A stretch of 55,693 nt of DNA, from NCBI GenBank assembly GCA_036519715.1, contig DATDKW010000040.1, positions 1 through 55,693 of the forward strand. Direction: 5' to 3'. Below, piece by piece: positions 1 to 8,104 of the stretch. Every line of letters starts with the position of its first letter. Position 1 is the stretch's first letter. The DNA is from Mycobacteriales bacterium (GTDB lineage: Bacteria; Actinomycetota; Actinomycetes; Mycobacteriales; CADCTP01). A model generated the notes under the pieces. That model saw nothing but the letters and a program-made list of their open reading frames with translations, ran no database searches and had not been told where the DNA came from. A program made the position numbers and the translations under genes.

Positions 1-4
1 GGCG

Positions 5-262
5 TCAGCCCTCGGTCGGCAGGATGTTCACGACCTTGCGGCCGCGGCTCGTGCCGAACTGCACGTGGCCGGAGGCCAGGGCGAACAGCGTGTCGTCGCC
101 GCCGCGGCCGACCAGGTCGCCCGGGTGGAACTTGGTGCCGCGCTGGCGGACGAGGATCTCGCCGGCGTTGACCAGCTGGCCGCCGTAGCGCTTGACGCCG
201 AGCCGCTGCGCCGCGGAGTCGCGGCCGTTGCGGGAGCTGGACGCGCCCTTCTTGTGTGCCAT
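5..262 (-). CDS. rpmA: 50S ribosomal protein L27
   Basis: 85-aa [28 protein letters not shown]... has the canonical L27 N-terminus. It lies 3 nt downstream of rplU on the same strand. Confidence 0.97.
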   Translation of the reverse strand: MAHKKGASSSRNGRDSAAQRLGVKRYGGQLVNAGEILVRQRGTKFHPGDLVGRGGDDTLFALASGHVQFGTSRGRKVVNILPTEG

Positions 263-264
263 CG

Positions 265-579
265 CTACTTCCCGCTCTCGATGCCGGTCACCTTCACCTG
301 GGTCAGCGGCTGGCGGTGACCCATGCGGCGGTGGTAGCCGGTCTTGTTCTTGAAGTGGTGGATCCGGATCTTCGGACCCTTCGTGTGCGCGACGACCTCA
401 CCGGTCACCGCGACCTTGCTCAGCTTGTCGAGGTCCGTCGTGACCTCGTCTCCGTCGACCAGCAGCAGGGCCTGGAGGTCGATGCTCTCACCGGGCGCGC
501 CGGCGAGCTTCTCGACCTCGACCACGTCGCCGACCGCGACCTTGTACTGCTTGCCGCCGGTCCTGACGATGGCGTACAT
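265..579 (-). CDS. rplU: 50S ribosomal protein L21
   Basis: 104-aa [28 protein letters not shown]... is canonical L21. Confidence 0.97.
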   Translation of the reverse strand: MYAIVRTGGKQYKVAVGDVVEVEKLAGAPGESIDLQALLLVDGDEVTTDLDKLSKVAVTGEVVAHTKGPKIRIHHFKNKTGYHRRMGHRQPLTQVKVTGIESGK

Positions 580-637
580 GGGGTTCGGGCTCCTTCATCT
601 ACTGGCACACGAACATGAGCCCACCTCGCGGCGGGCC

Positions 638-709
638 ACCGGACACGTGAAGTTCGGGGAGCGCCGCGGCCGCAAGGTCGTGAGCATCCTTCCGCCCAGC
701 GAGGGCTGA
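638..709 (+). pseudogene. Relic 3' fragment of a second rpmA copy (C-terminal ~23 codons plus stop)
   Basis: Plus-strand codons read [23 protein letters not shown]-stop. The intact L27 C-terminus at 5-73 (minus) reads [22 protein letters not shown]-stop. Hand alignment gives about 59 of 69 nt identical plus one 3-nt indel. Similarity stops upstream of ~635, and no N-terminal part or start codon is present. Confidence 0.75.
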
Positions 710-731
710 CAGCACCGGATCGGTTTCGGAA

Positions 732-758
732 GGCGGGCCCCGTCGTGGGCCCGCCTTT
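732..758 (+). terminator. GC hairpin plus short T run between the rpmA relic and obg
   Basis: GGCGGGCCC (732-740), loop cgtcgt, GGGCCCGCC (747-755), then TTT. The 9-bp perfect stem lies 23 nt after the relic stop codon. Confidence 0.55.
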
Positions 759-779
759 CGCATGGAAGGAGTACGTCCC

Positions 780-2297
780 GTGGCCTCGTTCGTCGACCGC
801 GTCGTGCTGCACGCGGTCGCTGGCCACGGCGGGCACGGTGCTGCCTCCATCCACCGGGAGAAGTTCAAGCCGCTCGGTGGTCCCGACGGCGGCAACGGCG
901 GCCACGGCGGCGACGTCGTGCTGGTGGTCGACCCGCAGGTGCACACCCTGCTGGACTTCCACTTCCACCCGCACCAGCGGGCCGGCAACGGCAAGCAGGG
1001 CATGGGCAGCAACCGGGACGGGGCCAACGGCGCCATCCTGGAGCTCCCGGTCCCGGACGGCACGGTCGTGCACTCCGCCGACGGCGAGCTGCTGGCCGAC
1101 CTGACCGGCGCCGGCACCCGCTACTTCGCCGCCCGCGGCGGTCGCGGCGGCCTCGGCAACGCCGCGCTGGCGTCCAAGCGGCGCAAGGCACCCGGGTTCG
1201 CGCTGCTCGGTGAGCCGGGGGAGGTCGCCGAGCTGGTCCTGGAGCTGAAGAGCGTCGCCGACGTCGGCCTCGTCGGGTTCCCCAGCGCGGGCAAGTCCTC
1301 GCTGGTGGCGGCGATGTCGGCGGCCCGGCCGAAGATCGCCGACTACCCGTTCACCACGCTGCAGCCCAACCTCGGGGTGGTGCAAGCGGGCGGCACGACG
1401 TACACGATCGCGGATGTGCCGGGGCTGATCCCGGGGGCGGCCCAGGGCAAGGGGCTGGGCATCGAGTTCCTCCGGCACATCGAGCGGTGCGCCGTGCTGC
1501 TGCACGTCATCGACTGCGCCAGCATCGAGCCGGGCCGGGACCCGGTCGCGGACATCGAGGCCATCGAGCACGAGCTCGACCAGTACGACGTGACGCTGAA
1601 GAACCGGCCCCGCCTGGTCGCGCTCAACAAGATCGACGTGCCCGACGCCCGGGACATGGCCGAGCTGGTCCGGCCCGACCTGGCCGAGCGGGGCTGGCCG
1701 GTGTTCGAGATCAGCGCGGCCACCCATGAGGGCCTGACCGAGCTCGGGTACGCGCTGGCGGCCGAGGTCGAGAGCTACCGGGCCGGCCTGCCGGCGCCGG
1801 AGGCGACCCGGATCGTGATCCGGCCGCCGGAGGTCGGCGGCGGGTTCACGGTCGAGCCCGACCCCCAGACGCCCGGGGCGTTCGTCGTGCGGGGCGAGCG
1901 GCCGCGGCGCTGGGTCCAGCAGACCGACTTCTCCAACGACGAGGCCGTCGGCTACCTGGCCGACCGGCTGGCCCGCCTGGGCGTCGAGGACGCGCTGGTC
2001 AAGGCGGGCGCGACGGCCGGCTCGGGGGTCACCATCGGGGACGTGACCTTCGACTGGGAGCCGACCCTGGCCGCCGCGGCCGCCGTCGGCGACGGCCCGC
2101 TGCCGGGCCCCCGCGGCACCGACGTCCGGGTGGAGACGAACAACCGGACGTCCGCGGCCGAGCGGCTGGTCGCGTACCGGACCCGGCACGGGCAGTCCAC
2201 CGATGAGGAGGGCCAGGAGCTGGAGGCCGAGGTGGCCGCGGCCGAGGCGGCGACCGCGCGGCACCGGCGCCCGGGCCGGGGCGGGAGCCGGCGCTGA
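780..2297 (+). CDS. obg: GTPase Obg/CgtA
   Basis: Obg fold [17 protein letters not shown]...[11 protein letters not shown]1 motif [18 protein letters not shown] 780 is preferred over ATG 762 because GAAGGAG (765-771) sits 8 nt upstream of it. Confidence 0.96.
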   Translation: MASFVDRVVLHAVAGHGGHGAASIHREKFKPLGGPDGGNGGHGGDVVLVVDPQVHTLLDFHFHPHQRAGNGKQGMGSNRDGANGAILELPVPDGTVVHSADGELLADLTGAGTRYFAARGGRGGLGNAALASKRRKAPGFALLGEPGEVAELVLELKSVADVGLVGFPSAGKSSLVAAMSAARPKIADYPFTTLQPNLGVVQAGGTTYTIADVPGLIPGAAQGKGLGIEFLRHIERCAVLLHVIDCASIEPGRDPVADIEAIEHELDQYDVTLKNRPRLVALNKIDVPDARDMAELVRPDLAERGWPVFEISAATHEGLTELGYALAAEVESYRAGLPAPEATRIVIRPPEVGGGFTVEPDPQTPGAFVVRGERPRRWVQQTDFSNDEAVGYLADRLARLGVEDALVKAGATAGSGVTIGDVTFDWEPTLAAAAAVGDGPLPGPRGTDVRVETNNRTSAAERLVAYRTRHGQSTDEEGQELEAEVAAAEAATARHRRPGRGGSRR

Positions 2298-3409
2298 CCG
2301 GGACCGGCGTTCGCGAGCGGGTCCGCGGAGCGCAGCGGCTCGTCATCAAGGTCGGCTCGTCCTCGCTCACCACCGCCGCCGGCGGGCTCGACCCGCAGCG
2401 CCTGGACACCCTGGTCGACGCGCTCGCCGCCCGCCGTGCCGCCGGCAGCCAGGTCGTGCTGGTCTCCTCGGGCGCGATCGCGGCCGGGCTGGCCCCGCTG
2501 TCGCTGCCGTCCCGGCCCCGGGACCTGGCCACCCAGCAGGCCGCGGCCAGCGTCGGGCAGATGCTGCTGGTGGAGCGGTACGCGGCCGCGTTCGCGCGGT
2601 CCGGCCTGCTCGTGGGCCAGGTCCTGCTGACCGCGACCGACCTGGTCCGCCGGGCCCACTACCGCAACGCCAACCGGACCCTGGAGCGGCTGCTGGCGCT
2701 CGGGGTGGTCCCGGTGGTCAACGAGAACGACGCCGTCGCCACCGAGGAGATCCGGTTCGGGGACAACGACCGGCTGGCCGCGCTGGTAGCGCACCTCATC
2801 GCCGCGGACGCGCTGGTGCTGCTGTCCGACGTCGACGGCCTCTACGACGGCGACCCGCGGCGGGACGGCGCCCGGCTCATCCCCGAGGTCCGCGGCGACG
2901 ACGACCTGGCCGGGGTGACGGCCGGCCGGGCCCGGTCCGGCCTCGGCACCGGCGGCATGGCCAGCAAGCTGGACGCGGCCCGGATCGCGGCCGGGGCCGG
3001 GGTGCCGGTGCTGCTGGCTTCGGCCGAGCAGGTCACCGCGGCCCTGGCCGGCGAGGCGGTCGGCACCGCGTTCCCGGCCACCACCCGGCGTACCGCCTCC
3101 CGGCTGTTCTGGCTCCGGCACGCCACCACCCCGCGCGGGCGGCTCGTCCTCGACGCCGGCGCGGTCGAGGCCGTCGTGCGCCGGCGCACCTCGCTGCTGT
3201 CCGCCGGCGTCACCGGTGTGCAGGGCGACTTCGGGGCCGGCGACCCGGTCGAGCTGGTCGGCCCGGACGGCGTGCCGGTCGCCCGCGGACTGGTCGGGTA
3301 CGACGCGGGCGAGCTGCCGGAGCTGCTGGGCCGGTCCTCCCGCGAGCTGGGCCCGGAGCACCGGCGCGAGGTCGTACACCGGGACGATCTGGTCCTTCTG
3401 CGCGGATAA
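2294..3409 (+). CDS. proB: Glutamate 5-kinase (start codon non-canonical or uncertain)
   Basis: Motifs: [43 protein letters not shown], and a C-terminal PUA-like part. The conserved N-terminus (2336-2371) lies upstream of the first ATG/GTG/TTG in frame (GTG 2456). CTG 2294 is proposed as the start (see finding). Confidence 0.9.
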   Translation: MTGTGVRERVRGAQRLVIKVGSSSLTTAAGGLDPQRLDTLVDALAARRAAGSQVVLVSSGAIAAGLAPLSLPSRPRDLATQQAAASVGQMLLVERYAAAFARSGLLVGQVLLTATDLVRRAHYRNANRTLERLLALGVVPVVNENDAVATEEIRFGDNDRLAALVAHLIAADALVLLSDVDGLYDGDPRRDGARLIPEVRGDDDLAGVTAGRARSGLGTGGMASKLDAARIAAGAGVPVLLASAEQVTAALAGEAVGTAFPATTRRTASRLFWLRHATTPRGRLVLDAGAVEAVVRRRTSLLSAGVTGVQGDFGAGDPVELVGPDGVPVARGLVGYDAGELPELLGRSSRELGPEHRREVVHRDDLVLLRG

Positions 3410-3528
3410 GGCCGTGACCGTAGGTACACATTCGGTCAATGGTCATTCTGTGTCCTGGTGTCGCTCTTGACTCCCTGCCAGAATCCCGAAAGTCCAGCAC
3501 CGGTTCATTTTCTGGGGGAAGTGGCTTC

Positions 3529-4506
3529 ATGCCCGACGCATCGCAGTCGGTTCCGTTCGACGTGGCCCTGCGCGGCTACGACCGCGACCAGGTCGACGCG
3601 CATCTCGCCTCGCTCGAGTCGGAGTTCACCGGCGCGCTGAGCGAGCGCGACCGGCTGGCCGAGCGGGTGAAGCAGCTGGAGAAGCGGGTCGAGGAGCTGC
3701 ACCTGCAGTCCCCGGACGAGCAGCCGGCGCAGACCGGGTCGCCGGTGAACGGGTTCGGCGCGCGGATCGAGAAGCTCATGCGCATGGCCGAGGACGAGGC
3801 CAAGGCCGTGCGCGAGGAGACCCAGGCCAAGATCGAGCACGACCTGGCCGAGGCGAAGAAGAAGGTCGCGGCGATCCAGCAGGCTGCGGAGAAGGACGCC
3901 ACCGCGCACCGGCAGAAGGTGCAGAGCGAGGCCGGCGGGATCCTGGACAAGGCCCGCCAGGAGGCCGCGCGGGTGCGGGCCGACGCCGACGCGCAGGCCG
4001 CGGCGACCCGCGAGGAGGCCAGCGGCCACCTCGAGTCGGTACGGGCCCGGGCCGCGCAGGCGGCCGCGGACTTCGAGACCGCGCTGGCCAAGCGGCGGCA
4101 GAAGGCCGAGTCCGACCACATGGCCCGGACCAACGCGGCCGAGCGGGAGCTGGCCGAGACCGTGGCCCGCACCGACCAGCTGCGGGCCGAGGCCGAGAAG
4201 ATGCGGGCCGACGCCGAGCGGCGGTCGGCGGAGATGCTGCAGGCGGCGCAGCGCGAGGCGGCCGAGCTGGTCGGCGAGGCGCGGGCGCAGGCGGACCGCA
4301 CCCGGCGGGAGAGCGAGCGGGAGCTGGCGTCGCTGTCCAAGCGGCGCGACGCGATCACCGACCAGCTCCGCAACGTGCGGGAGATGCTGTCCACGCTCAC
4401 CGGTGGGGCGGTGTCGACGCCCGAGCCCGAAGTCGCGGAGGAGCCGCCCGCGGCCGAGGTGCCGGCGCCGCGGGGCAACGGGGCCCGGTCGGGAGCCCGT
4501 CGCTGA
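3529..4506 (+). CDS. DivIVA-domain coiled-coil protein
   Basis: The N-terminus PFDVALRGYDRDQVDAHLASLE is typical of DivIVA-domain proteins. It is followed by a long Ala/Glu/Arg/Gln-rich coiled coil. ATG 3529 is preceded by GGGGGAAG. Confidence 0.8.
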   Translation: MPDASQSVPFDVALRGYDRDQVDAHLASLESEFTGALSERDRLAERVKQLEKRVEELHLQSPDEQPAQTGSPVNGFGARIEKLMRMAEDEAKAVREETQAKIEHDLAEAKKKVAAIQQAAEKDATAHRQKVQSEAGGILDKARQEAARVRADADAQAAATREEASGHLESVRARAAQAAADFETALAKRRQKAESDHMARTNAAERELAETVARTDQLRAEAEKMRADAERRSAEMLQAAQREAAELVGEARAQADRTRRESERELASLSKRRDAITDQLRNVREMLSTLTGGAVSTPEPEVAEEPPAAEVPAPRGNGARSGARR

Positions 4507-4523
4507 GCTGAGCACGTCCGCGC

Positions 4524-4549
4524 GGCCCGGGGTCCGGCGACCCCGGGCC
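4524..4549 (+). terminator. Perfect 11-bp GC hairpin after the DivIVA-domain gene
   Basis: GGCCCGGGGTC, loop cggc, GACCCCGGGCC, 18 nt after the stop. There is no T tract, which is common in high-GC actinobacteria. Confidence 0.55.
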
Positions 4550-4588
4550 GTCGCTGTGCCCGGCCGGACCCGACCAGGCCCTCCGAGC

Positions 4589-4838
4589 GTGCCGGCTCGG
4601 TCCTGGCCTGGGGGGCGTCCGGATCCGTCCTGGCCTGCAGGCGTCCCGGAGCTGTCCTGGCCTTGCGGCGGTGCCGGAGCTGTCCTGGCCTTGGGGGCGG
4701 TGCCGGAGCTGTCCTGGCCTTGCGGGCGGTGCCGGAGCCGTCCTGGCCTTGCGGGCGGTGCCGTAGCCGTCCTGGCCTGGCAGGGGTTCCGGAGCTGTCC
4801 TGGCCTTGCCGGCGTCCGGATCCGTCCTGGCCGGCCGG
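4589..4838. repeat. Intergenic tandem repeat array 1 (9 units, period 27-29 nt)
   Basis: The core GTCCTGGCC recurs at 4600, 4627, 4654, 4682, 4711, 4740, 4769, 4797 and 4824. Central units read CGGTGCCGGAGCTGTCCTGGCCTTGCGGG. The variable period is not a constant multiple of 3. The array lies between convergent gene ends. Confidence 0.9.
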
Positions 4839-4872
4839 GTGTGTCGGTCAGTCGGGGCTGCTGGGCGGCCGG

Positions 4873-5334
4873 TCAGGTCTGGTCGAGGGTGGTGAGGAGG
4901 GCGAGCAGGCGGCGCTGGTCGTCGGGGGAGAGGGCGCCGAAGAGTTCCTCGGCCGTCTCCCGGCGGGCCTCCGCCAGCTCGTCCAGCGTGCCGCGGCCCG
5001 CGGCGGTGAGGCCGACCAGCACCGAGCGCCGGTCGGCCGGGTCGGTCTCCCGCCGGACCAGGCCCATCTCCTCCAGGCCCTCGACCACGCCCGTCGCCGA
5101 CCGCGGCACCACCCGCAGCGCCTCGGCCAGCGCCGCCATCCGCATCGGCCCGCCGGCCCGTTCGAGCACCGACAGCGCCCGGCCCTGTCCCGGCGTCAGC
5201 CCGAGCGGGGCCAGTCGCTGCCGGGTCCCGTGCCGCAGCCGCCGGGACAGCTGCTGCACCGCGTCAGCGAGCTGCCCGCTCACGAGCTCCGGCGTCATGC
5301 GGAACAGTCTAGCCGGATACTGAGTTAGGCTCAC
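4873..5334 (-). CDS. MarR family transcriptional regulator
   Basis: wHTH region LTPGQGRALSVLERAGGPMRMAALAEALRVVPRSATGVVEGLEEMGLVRRETDPADRRSVLVGLT. It is divergent from the ABC exporter. The start is GTG 5334 (GAGGTGG upstream) or ATG 5298. Confidence 0.9.
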   Translation of the reverse strand: MSLTQYPARLFRMTPELVSGQLADAVQQLSRRLRHGTRQRLAPLGLTPGQGRALSVLERAGGPMRMAALAEALRVVPRSATGVVEGLEEMGLVRRETDPADRRSVLVGLTAAGRGTLDELAEARRETAEELFGALSPDDQRRLLALLTTLDQT

Positions 5335-5350
5335 TGTGAGCCCACCTCAG
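5320..5350. promoter_or_regulatory. Inverted repeat, candidate MarR operator
   Basis: CTGAGTTAGGCTCAC-T-GTGAGCCCACCTCAG, with 12 of 15 arm positions complementary and a perfect core GGCTCAC-T-GTGAGCC (5328-5342). It lies in the 34-70 nt between the divergent marR and ABC starts. Confidence 0.5.
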
Positions 5351-5367
5351 GACACCTAGGAGCCCGT

Positions 5368-7146
5368 ATGCCCCCACTTCCCGACGTCCGCCCGGACGAC
5401 TACACGGTGGATCCACGCCGGATCCTCCGCCTCTTCCGCCCCTACGCCGGCCGCCTGACCCTGGTCGGCCTGCTCATCGCCGTGTCCTCGCTGGTCGGCC
5501 TCGGCTCGCCGTTCCTGCTCCGTGGCATCATCGACGACGCGCTCCCGCACCGGGACACCGGTCTGCTCGCCCTGCTGGCTCTCGGCATGGTCGCGGTGGC
5601 AGTGGTGAGCACGGTCGTCGGCGTCTACCAGACCCTGCTCTCGACCACGATCGGGCAGCGGATCATGCGCGACCTGCGGGTCGCGGTCTACTCCCACCTC
5701 CAGCGCATGTCGCTGGCCTTCTTCACCAAGACCCGCACCGGCGAGGTCCAGTCCCGCATCGCCAACGACATCGGCGGCATGCAGGCGATCGTCACCAGCA
5801 CCGCGACGTCGATCGTGTCGAACACGACCGTCGTGGTCGCCAGCGCAATCGCGATGCTGGCCATGGACGTACGGCTGGCGCTGCTGAGCTTCGTGCTGCT
5901 GCCCGGGACCGTGTGGATCAACCGCCGGGTCGGTGCCATGCGCCGCCGGATCACCGCCGAGCGGCAGCGCCGGCTGGCCGCGATGACCTCGCAGGTACAG
6001 GAGTCGCTGTCGGTCAGCGGCGTGCTGCTGGGCCGCAGCATGGGCCGCTCGCCCGAGCTGACCTCGCACTTCGCCGGGGACGCAAGCGGGCTGGCCGACC
6101 TCGAGGTCCGGTCCCAGATGGCCGGCAAGTGGCAGCAGTCCACCATCTCGATCACCTTTGCCGCGGTGCCCGCGCTGACCTACTGGCTGGGCGGGCTGGC
6201 GCTCGGCGGCGGTTCGGCCGTCTCGATCGGCACCCTGGTCGCGTTCACCACCCTGCAGAGCTCCCTGTTCAACCCGCTCAACGCGCTGCTGCGCACCGGG
6301 GTGCAGGTGCAGAGCTCGCTGGCGCTGTTCGCCCGCATCTTCGAGTACCTGGACCTGCCGGTCGACATCGTCGAGCGCGAGGACCCGGTCCCGCTGACCT
6401 CGGTCCGCGGCGACGTGCGCTTCACCGACGTCTCCTTCGCGTACGAGCCGGGGGCGCCGACGCTGACCGACGTCAGCCTGTCCGTGCCGGCCGGCTCGAC
6501 GCTGGCCGTCGTCGGCGCCACCGGCTCCGGCAAGACGACGCTGGGCTACCTGCTGGCCCGCCTGTACGACGTGCGGTCCGGCTCGATCACCATCGACGGC
6601 GTCGACATCCGCGATCTGTCGCTGGCGACGCTGGCCTCGACGGTGGGCGTGGTGTCCCAGGAGCCCTACCTGCTGCACGCCTCGATCGCGGAGAACCTCC
6701 GGTTCGCCCGGCCCGACGCGACGGACGAGGAGCTGGTGGCCGCGGCCAAGGCGGCCCGGATCCACGACCTCATCGCCTCGCTGCCGGACGGGTACGACAC
6801 GGAGGTCGGCGAGCGCGGCTACCGGTTCTCCGGTGGTGAGAAGCAGCGGCTGGCCATCGCCCGGACGGTGCTGCGCAATCCGCCGGTGCTGGTCCTGGAC
6901 GAGGCCACCAGCGCGCTGGACACCCGGACCGAGCGATCGGTGCAGGCGGCGCTGGACGAGCTGTCCGCCGACCGGACCACGATCACGGTCGCGCACCGGC
7001 TGTCGACCGTACGGGCCGCGGACCGGATCGCGGTCCTGGACCACGGGCGCGTGGTCGAGCTGGGCTCGCACGAGGAGCTGGTCGCGCTCGGCGGCCGGTA
7101 CGCCGAGCTGGTCTCGGCCGACGCCCAGGTCCCGGTCGCGGCCTGA
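5368..7146 (+). CDS. ABC transporter, fused permease/ATP-binding exporter
   Basis: Six-TM N-terminal half, Walker A GATGSGKTT, signature FSGGEKQRLAIAR, Walker B VLVLDEATSALD. RBS AGGAG lies upstream of ATG 5368. Confidence 0.93.
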   Translation: MPPLPDVRPDDYTVDPRRILRLFRPYAGRLTLVGLLIAVSSLVGLGSPFLLRGIIDDALPHRDTGLLALLALGMVAVAVVSTVVGVYQTLLSTTIGQRIMRDLRVAVYSHLQRMSLAFFTKTRTGEVQSRIANDIGGMQAIVTSTATSIVSNTTVVVASAIAMLAMDVRLALLSFVLLPGTVWINRRVGAMRRRITAERQRRLAAMTSQVQESLSVSGVLLGRSMGRSPELTSHFAGDASGLADLEVRSQMAGKWQQSTISITFAAVPALTYWLGGLALGGGSAVSIGTLVAFTTLQSSLFNPLNALLRTGVQVQSSLALFARIFEYLDLPVDIVEREDPVPLTSVRGDVRFTDVSFAYEPGAPTLTDVSLSVPAGSTLAVVGATGSGKTTLGYLLARLYDVRSGSITIDGVDIRDLSLATLASTVGVVSQEPYLLHASIAENLRFARPDATDEELVAAAKAARIHDLIASLPDGYDTEVGERGYRFSGGEKQRLAIARTVLRNPPVLVLDEATSALDTRTERSVQAALDELSADRTTITVAHRLSTVRAADRIAVLDHGRVVELGSHEELVALGGRYAELVSADAQVPVAA

Positions 7147-7165
7147 GGGCTCGACCGGGTCGCGG

Positions 7166-7272
7166 CCCGGCCCGCGTCGGCCCCGGTCCCGGACCGGCCC
7201 GCGTCGGCCCCGGTCCCGGTCCGGCCCGCGTCGGCCCCGGTCCCGGGCCGGCCCGCGTCGGCCCGGTCCCGA
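7166..7272. repeat. Intergenic tandem repeat array 2 (4 units of 27 nt)
   Basis: CCGGCCCGCGTCGGCCCCGGTCCCGGN starts at 7166, 7193, 7220 and 7247. The last unit has a 1-nt deletion. The array begins 20 nt after the ABC stop. Confidence 0.9.
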
Positions 7273-7289
7273 CGCGGCCCGCGCCGAGG

Positions 7290-7315
7290 CCCGGGAGTCC
7301 ACTGTGGACTCCGGG
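7290..7315. terminator. Hairpin between convergent ABC exporter and sortase genes
   Basis: CCCGGGAGTCC, loop actgt, GGACTCCGGG (7+3 bp with one bulge). It contains the palindrome GTCCAC-T-GTGGAC. Confidence 0.55.
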
Positions 7316-7324
7316 CGTTCGACG

Positions 7325-8104
7325 TCAGGACCGGACCGCGTACACCACGATGTTGTCGCGGTAGGAGCGCTTCGCGTGGTCGAACGATCCGCCGCAGGTG
7401 ATCAGCCGCAGCGACGCGTCCGGGGTCGGCCCGTGCACCTTCTGGGTCGGGAACGCGTTCTTGGGATAGCGCTCCACCCCGGTGACGGTGAAGGTGACCG
7501 TGATGCCGTCGGAGCGGGGCACGTAGACCTTGTCACCGGCCTTCAGCTCCTTGAGCCGGAAGAACACCGCCGGACCGGCCCGGGAGTCGACGTGCGCGGC
7601 GATGACCGCCGGGCCGGGCTCGCCCGGGACCGGACCGGCCGCGTACCAGCCGGTCTGGTCGAACCCGGCCGGCGCCTCCAGCTCGCCCGTCGTGGGGATG
7701 ATCGTCAGCGGCACCAGGCTGGACGCGGTCACGCCGATGGCCGGGATCCGCATCCCGGTCGGCGCCACGCCGGCCGGGATGCGGTCGGTCGGCGCGGCGA
7801 CGGGGGACTGGTTGCTCACCGGTCCCCAGGAGCCGTCCGCCGCCGGGTTCTTCGTCGCCACCGGCCCGGGGGCGGGAGCGGCCGCCGTGGCGGACGCGGC
7901 CGGCGGCGGCTCACCCCCGCCCCCGCCCCCACTGGTGGCCGCGGGCGCACCGGCGCCGCAGGCGACCAGCACGAGCAGGACCCCGGCCCCGGCCAGCGCC
8001 CGGACGACCCGGTCGCCCGGGCGGCGGTGCCGCCCCGGACGCGGACCCCCGGTCACCCGGTGCCCCGGCGCGGCCGGGACACCGGACGGCGAGGTGTCGG
8101 TCAC
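7325..8104 (-). CDS. Class F sortase
   Basis: TM anchor VVRALAGAGVLLVLVACG, catalytic His context AVIAAHVDS, Cys motif LRLITCGG, Arg in SYRDNIVVYAVR. GTG 8104 overlaps the upstream stop as GTGA. Confidence 0.85.
   Translation of the reverse strand: MTDTSPSGVPAAPGHRVTGGPRPGRHRRPGDRVVRALAGAGVLLVLVACGAGAPAATSGGGGGGEPPPAASATAAAPAPGPVATKNPAADGSWGPVSNQSPVAAPTDRIPAGVAPTGMRIPAIGVTASSLVPLTIIPTTGELEAPAGFDQTGWYAAGPVPGEPGPAVIAAHVDSRAGPAVFFRLKELKAGDKVYVPRSDGITVTFTVTGVERYPKNAFPTQKVHGPTPDASLRLITCGGSFDHAKRSYRDNIVVYAVRS

Noticed and set aside
420-2264. Other long overlapping ORFs in the track with Arg/Gly/Pro/Ala-rich translations. Examples are 420-2264, 1952-3439, 5356-7302, 9005-11116, 28913-31108, 29557-32190, 45589-48837 and 53260-55656.
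   Set aside because: Each overlaps a gene with clear family motifs on the other strand or in another frame. Each has low-complexity composition typical of out-of-frame or antisense reading of high-GC coding DNA.
3410-3528. TGACCG-N12-CGGTCA and the direct GGTCA-AT-GGTCA half-sites upstream of the DivIVA-domain gene, as a response-regulator box.
   Set aside because: These are short 5-6-nt motifs in a single copy, with no recognisable family consensus and no nearby regulator. They are too weak to call without comparative data.
4589-4838. CRISPR interpretation of the three tandem-repeat arrays (4589-4838, 7166-7272, 34291-34630).
   Set aside because: The periods are only 27-44 nt, and the whole unit repeats with no unique spacers between constant repeats. 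No cas genes are in the window.
7166-7272. The 27-nt (9-codon) repeat as a coding repeat or a C-terminal extension of the ABC exporter.
   Set aside because: The array begins after the exporter's in-frame stop (7144-7146). The fourth unit has a 1-nt deletion that would break the frame. The only covering ORFs are shadow frames with RGPxRDRGR-type junk.
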